Source of the DNA: the human T2T-CHM13v2.0 reference genome, Homo sapiens
Assembly: GCF_009914755.1 (NCBI RefSeq)
Contig: NC_060928.1
DNA: 64,000 nucleotides
Strand: one strand, 5' to 3'
Shown here: in pieces, positions 55,683 through 64,000 of the stretch
Layout of the letters: the number at the start of each line of letters is the position of its first letter
Numbering within the stretch: the stretch's first letter is position 1
Position numbers and translations under genes: made by a program
The notes under the pieces: model-generated
Seen by the model: the letters and a program-made list of their open reading frames with translations, nothing else
What the model was told of the DNA's origin: nothing
The model's database searches: none

Positions 55683-55756
55683 CAATACAATTTTTTGAAG
55701 AACAACAATGTTAGATGGCTTATAAGCCATGACTTTAAGAATTACCATAAAGCAGG

Positions 55757-57288
<1,532 letters not shown>

Positions 57289-57946
57289 GAATTACCGTAA
57301 AAGCAGGGACTTAGCAAAGGACAGAAATAAAATAAGCTTAAGGTAATTCAATGGTGAATTAATAGTATTTTCAACAAATCATAATAGAACAAGTAGATAT
57401 GCATATTAAAAAATAAGCTTCAAGCTTTGCTTCACACCAGATATAAAAATGAACTCAAAATGGATTATTGACCCAAATGTCAAAGATAAATCTACTAAAT
57501 TTCCAAAAGAAAACATAGGAAAAAAAATTATGACCTTAGGCTAGGTAAAAAACTTTTTAGAGGAGATAACAAAAATGCACAAACCATAAAAGAATAAGTT
57601 TATCAGATGGACATAGTCAAAATCAAAAACAGCCAATCTTTGAGAGACAGTATAAGGAAATGAAAAGACAAGCCACAGATTAAGAGAAAATATTTGCACA
57701 ATACATAACTGATGATCTTCCAGTATCATAGACTCATTAACTCATGAGTTATTCATTCAAACAGCATTTCAGCCTAACTGACTTTTCTTAGGAGATAAGT
57801 GTAATCAAGTACAAAATTTACAGTGAGAACTGTTTTGTATTGAAGCAATTATATCTTTTTCTAAAACACATTCAGATGTGAAATGAAGCAATTATTTCTT
57901 AATCCAAAACTTCCAAAGCAAGTAATTCCTCTGTGGTTAAATGGTC

Positions 57947-58350
57947 TGTATTAAATCTGGTTATGTAAGCCAATAACCCAATATTTTAACACAATAGAAG
58001 TTTGTTTCTTACTGTTGTCACAGTCAATTGCAGTTTGAGAGGGTCTAGGGATGATTCTGCCCTATGCTGTCATTTGAAGATTTCATCTTCTTGCTTCCTG
58101 TGGTTTTGCTACCTTTATAGGGCCTCGTGTTATTGCACTGGACCTAGCTGGAAGACTGGCAGAGATAGAGTGTGGCAATCACAAGATCGATTTGAAGTGC
58201 AAGGTCTGAAAGTGGGGTACATCACTTCTGCCTGCATTCTATTGCCAGAACTCAATGCTATGGCCACACCCATAGGCAGGGAAATGTAGTTAAGCCATGT
58301 GCACAGGAAGAAAAGGAAGCAAGTGAGCATGTACAATTGCCTCTACTACA
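57947..58350 (-). mobile_element. Old MaLR LTR (MLT1J-like)
   Basis: catcacttctgcctgcattctattgccagaactca...atggccacacc...gggaaatgtagt...tctactaca. Confidence 0.75.
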
Positions 58351-58478
58351 GTAACCATGAGAAGAACACATACTTAACCATTTTCCTTTAGTACCACATA
58401 TATTTTAGTTGCCTAAAATTTTTTGGAGCAAAGTGGATTATAAATCAATCACTTACACTTTCCTTGTCATTAAATTAT

Positions 58479-58784
<306 letters not shown>

Positions 58785-59528
58785 ATCTTGTCATTAAATT
58801 ATAACCAGTTCAATAACAGGGATGTTCTGTACATGAAAACTTTCCATAGTACTTTATTATATTTACCATTATGGAAGGAGATCATTAAATTTTTGCTATG
58901 ATCATCAAAAAATGCTATAAAAATGACATCTAATGAAATTCGAAAGTTTCCACATTTGCACCCATGTGTGTAAATATGACTGACTGCACATAAATATCTG
59001 AATCCATGTTTCCAGATAAGCTCAAAAAAATAGGTATAGTTCATTATTTATTTTCTTTATTTCTTCTTCTTATCTAGGACAAAAGTGCATATTGACTACC
59101 TCATTATATCATCATGTGATAGAAAGAGAAGTAGGGATCCCAGGCTCTAGCTCTGGCTCCCAATACCTGTGGCCTTGACAAACCAGGTCATGTCTCTGGA
59201 ATTCACCAGTAAAGTAAAAAGTGCGTGCCAGATGATCTCCAAGGTACTTTCTGTTTCTGGTATTCTGAGAGTCTTTATGGGGCCATCAACTCAAGCTAGC
59301 TGGCTCCCATTTGGGTCAAAGTGTCTTATCTTTCCAGAAGTGAATATTTTGGTGTCAGAAAGTCAACTGAAATGAAAAGAGAGGGAGTAAGGGAGGCAAG
59401 GCGGGAGAGAAAGAAACTAAAGTGAACCAAAATTCTTCTTTACCCTAGGAATTTGTAGAAATTTGTACAATTAACTCTACCCAGGGAAAATTAGTTATTT
59501 CTTTTCTCCCCACAAGACGTTATTTGGG

Positions 59529-59786
<258 letters not shown>

Positions 59787-59954
59787 TTATAACCTAATCT
59801 ACCCTGCACCTATTGATTGTGGGACAAGATGTAACATTTCAATGGCTAAGATAATCAAATAAATATTAAAAATATTAAAATTTCCTAATCACCTCTAATT
59901 CATTTATAAGGACTAACCACAGATAAGATGATTTAGGTTTCAAAAGAAGCCACA

Positions 59955-60130
59955 TGAAGTAGTGAAAAGAGCACAGAAATGTAAGCTTGAAAATCTATAT
60001 TCTATTCTGTTCTCTGTTCTGACCCATTTGTAGGATACTGGCAAGTGACTTAAGATCTTTAAATCCCAGTTCATTAATTGAAGAATAAAATGTTTGGATT
60101 TGTTGGTATTTAAGATGTCTGGCAACAATG
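59955..60130 (+). mobile_element. MIR/MIR3 relic
   Basis: gtagtgaaaagagcacaga...ggcaagtgacttaa...cagttcattaattgaagaat. Confidence 0.6.
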
Positions 60131-62191
60131 GAATTTCTTGACTCTATGAAAGATGAGACTTATTGAGAAATAGAGGTAACCTTATAACACTGAAAGCCTA
60201 TCCTAGTTAGATGCAGTAGGAAGGCTCATGAGCAACGTTTTCTTAGAAACCAGAATTCTTGCTTATTTTGGATTTACCACCACTGTTATAAGGAGCAAAA
60301 GAAAAACTTTTCCATCCTGGTTAGAAGATAAAAGGATGAGTTAAGATCATATGTCACAGATCTCAAGCCAGCAAAGTTTATAGGTAGAATAATTTAAAAA
60401 TAAGCAAGTATGTAATCTAGATCAATGAAAACATGGGAAACTTGTTTTTTTTTATCATTAATTAGAGCAACAAAACTGGGCAGTGGGGGTGGGGGCAAAG
60501 GCTTCTTAAGAGAAATTAATCTCAGTTTCATGCCTCAACTTGAAATGTACCAAACTTTCAGGTAATAGATTTATTTCATAGAAAGCAAAAAGAGAATATG
60601 TATTGAAAAAATTATTCCAAATAAAATGAAAATAATTTCCAGCAAAGATTAATATTGCTCTTAGAACTTAAGGTACAGGAATTTTTTTAAAAAAAGAGAT
60701 TTCATATTCAGAAATATTCTCATAGCAGGAACTTTTTCTAGCGTAATATTAGAAAATTTCCTGAATATTATAGTAGTGAGAAACTTCATTTTAATTTAAA
60801 TCTATTTTGCTGTTAGATTTCACACACCAAACATCCTATTAGTCTAGGTGGTTCAATTGCATAATAACAGTATTTTTTTATCGCTTTAGATGATCTCTTT
60901 AGATCTGCTGGATAATTTTATCAATGAGAGAAAATGAAGACTGTTATTTGATTACTCGAGTCTTAGGACAATCATAAGTATTTAGATTCATAAAGCCAAA
61001 TAAACAAAAGGGGGGTTTGTTGCTGGCCATATGATGAGCACCTAGCTTCTCTGTCGTTAAAAGTTTCCTCACACCTTACGATGTAACAAAACATTTCACA
61101 AATAGCCAGAAAGAAAATCAGATTCTTGTGAGGCTTCTCAAGATAGTTATTGTGAATGTTTGTGCATAAACATTCTGAGACAGACAGGGGTGCGCACCCT
61201 CCTGCACCCCACCGCCACACACAACCTATCTCAGAAATTTGCGAAAACATAGTCTAACAGTTTCTGTGGAAAATGCCTCATTAATCTTGGGTGAATCACC
61301 ATAGGAACCTGTGGAAGGTGAAATCTTGAACAGGATGGAGCCTTCTCATCAGTCATTGATTAGTGTTAGAAATAACTCCTACTGTTTCATGTTACCTACA
61401 ATCTTCAAAGTAATAATGGTTTTCAGTACAGAAATAAGTTAGAAATATTTCGAAGATAATGACTCAGATGTTATTTTAGAATTCCCCATTACACTAAATA
61501 TCTAAAACAATAAAATGTTTACAGTTATACTTTGTTCTCTGCCCGATTTTTTGTAACTTTCCACAAATTCTCCTGTATCTCTGGATTATCTATGCCTCTG
61601 TTCTCAATTAAAATCTCCAAAGAATGGAAAGACTGAAATACAAGAAAAAGAGACAGAAGCTACAAGAGAAGAGAGAAGAAATAAAAAAGAAAGACAGGAA
61701 CTTCACGTTCTTAAAATAAAAGGTAAAACTTCCCTTCTAGACTCTATTGCTCAAGATTTTCAGCATTGACCGCGATAACAAAAACTTCTAAGGCTTTTCG
61801 AAGTAAGTCTTTCGAAAAATTTCACTATTTTTTTTAACTCACTAACTATATCCAGAGGGAAACAAAATTCAACTGAAATATGAAACTCTCTTGGATGTCA
61901 TAGACAGCCCATACTACATGTTTTCCAAAAGGGAGGAAGTTTTCCAAAAATTTGTAGAATGAGGTAGGTGTTTGTTCATTCTGGGCAAATCAACCATTAA
62001 CACTCAGAAGACTTTTAAGTATGCCATGGGAGATTCTACCCATAGTCTCTATAGCACTTGTATTTCTTCAGCTAATTATATGAATACATTAATTAACAGT
62101 GGCAAGGACAAGCCTCAGCCCTCTAAAGGCAGGCAGTGACTTTACAATTCACAGAGAATAAATTGGAATCAAAATAAGGCTTGGCTTCTGT

Positions 62192-63142
62192 CAATGGTGT
62201 GCTGGTGCGTGTGCCAGGCTTAACGCCAGGCTTTCCAAAAGGGAAATAAATAAATATGTATATATGTATATATTATATATATATATAATATACCTGTGTT
62301 TATTATTTCTTATAAATTTTACTAATATACACAATGTATAGTATACAAATTATAATAATGAAATACCTAAAACTATTTTACATTTTATATAGCCAATTTA
62401 TTCTCACAGAAGGCTTTTGTTTATTTTTGCCAGATTCTTAAATCCATAATCAATCTTTTTACAATTAATGAATGCGGTATCAACGTGAATGTTGGCTAAT
62501 ATTCCATTTACCTTAACAAGCAAGGTGAAAGTAAACACGTCAAAGTATGTTGGAACTTTATTCATGTATCAGGGATGTGTTCCTTTGCTGAATCAGATAA
62601 TAGTTTGCAAAAACAGTACTGGAAGGATATGTCATCAAATTGTGTGCTATTCACAAGGTAGCAGCTACAGCTACAACATCCACATCCTTTTAGGTTTGAT
62701 CTGTGTTCTTAACATTTCTTCCATAGCTTCCTCAAGTCTAGACTACCAAAAATAAATAAATAAATATTAAAGGCTTGATTCTTAGTGTTTGCTGATTTCC
62801 ATGGTTTAAGTACTCCCACAATGACAGAATTTAAGCTACCAAAATCCCTGAACACGGAGTTTGGAAGAGATATGCAATAGCACAGCATTATATAGTATTT
62901 CCACCAGACGGACACAATAATTATAAATAATCTCAAGAGCACAGATAATATTATGATGTAAGTTAATTAGAAACTAGTGAATTTTGATTATTACCTTTCC
63001 TTTTGGTATAATTTATTTAATTGTAAGTTTAACCACTCCAATTTTCATTATTGGCTGTCTTTAACAACCAGATCACAAAATACCTGACTATTTAATAATC
63101 TGTTCTTGTGAGCCAGTGTGAACCAGCTACGGCACTTCACTG
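62192..63142 (-). mobile_element. Full-length MER63C/D-like (hAT-Blackjack) DNA transposon
   Basis: Degenerate TIRs caatggtgtgctgg and ggcacttcactg; internal attctcacagaaggcttttgtt and tttgctgaatcagataatagttt; degenerate 8-bp flanks gcttctgt / cctcttgt. Confidence 0.85.
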
Positions 63143-63779
63143 CCTCTTGTTCAAAGTTTACTGGGAACTTGAGTACTGAACATTTTGTTACAGCTTCATG
63201 AATCTAAATTCCTGTCCAGGTAAAAGATTACTGGAGTTACCAGAAAAGAATTTTGTTTAACTTCATCTAAGACTAAGACTATACCACTTAATAAGTCCTA
63301 AATTTGACAAATGCTTTTGAAACTTAATTTGTTAACATTATGAACTTCTTACATCAATGTGTATTTACACATCACTGAAGAACAATAGAGGGTAGTTTAC
63401 ATGGGTTGACATGCTACATAGGCTTAAGGGCTTTCTGTTTCTTTGTTTCCAAAACAGATTACAGTGATCAGAATAGAGGTAGCAGGCAAATAGTCTGCTT
63501 ATTCTCACTGAAGCCATTCAGAGCAAAATTTATTTATGCTATAAAATGCCAAGGCCTATAAAATTCCCAAAGCCCCATCTTTAAGAATGTAAGCAACAGA
63601 TACTTGGATGTACAGACCAGAGTTTGGCCAGAATTCCATTAAGTGATCTTGAGTCCTATCAAAAAGCTAAGCTAAAAGATACATTAAAATAAGTAACATA
63701 TTTAGTTGTGAATAAAACTGTGCCTCTAAAAAGTGAAGAGACAGTGACAAAGCAGAAGGACCAAGAGGGCCAGGAAGGT

Positions 63780-63970
63780 GGCCTCAAAGAAGGTCTGAAT
63801 CCAAATTCCAGTCAAGCGGCTAAACTAACCATGTAACTTTGGGAAGTTATTTAATCAGTCTAATCTTCAATTTCCTCAAAGATAAATTAGAGATTGCAGT
63901 ACTATCAGGATTATATGAGAGACTATTTGAACATTACCTGGCACATAGTAGCAGATCAGTAAGTGACAGT
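63780..63970 (+). mobile_element. MIR
   Basis: tgtaactttgggaagttatttaatc...cctggcacatagta. Confidence 0.7.
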
Positions 63971-64000
63971 ATCATGAAAACATACTCCCTTCTGCCTAAC

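Noticed and set aside
54387-55714. Cluster of the longest ORFs (175, 140 and 105 aa) in a GC-rich patch
   Set aside because: They lie in an L1M 5'UTR, mostly antisense to it. GC richness suppresses stops, and I see no recognisable domain.
59040-59080. Strong plus-strand polypyrimidine tract ending in tag
   Set aside because: No convincing downstream donor; it runs into a MIR relic and is probably low complexity.
61795-61818. Small inverted repeat ttttcgaa-N8-ttcgaaaa
   Set aside because: An 8-bp AT-rich stem is expected by chance in 64 kb.

Overview
This is primate, most likely human, genomic DNA: AT-rich, CpG-poor and densely filled with Alu, L1, L2, MIR, MaLR/ERV LTRs and DNA-transposon relics. 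I cannot support any protein-coding gene, RNA gene, CpG island or CRISPR-like array; the ORF track is explained by decayed L1, Tigger1, Alu and LTR sequence or by chance. I see no convincing new biological system. The most notable signals are structural. (1) A ~3.1 kb insertion bounded by an 18-bp target-site duplication (TSD) contains a 5'-inverted old L1 3' end plus ~550 bp of non-repeat sequence ending in AATAAA and an A tract, i.e. an old 3' transduction or processed 3'UTR retrocopy (49075-52205). (2) A TSD-flanked L1M consists of 5'UTR fused to 3'UTR with no ORFs (53903-55695). (3) An L1PA is rearranged into three parts (7630-9701). (4) Two L1s carry short templated self-copies (3845-3898, 14324-14385). 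(5) A candidate minus-strand exon pair, including a 36-nt microexon, lies in unique DNA (23988-24406). (6) Several repeat-free, motif-dense islands may be conserved enhancers. Subfamily names come from recalled consensus sequences, not a database run, and boundaries of old elements are approximate.
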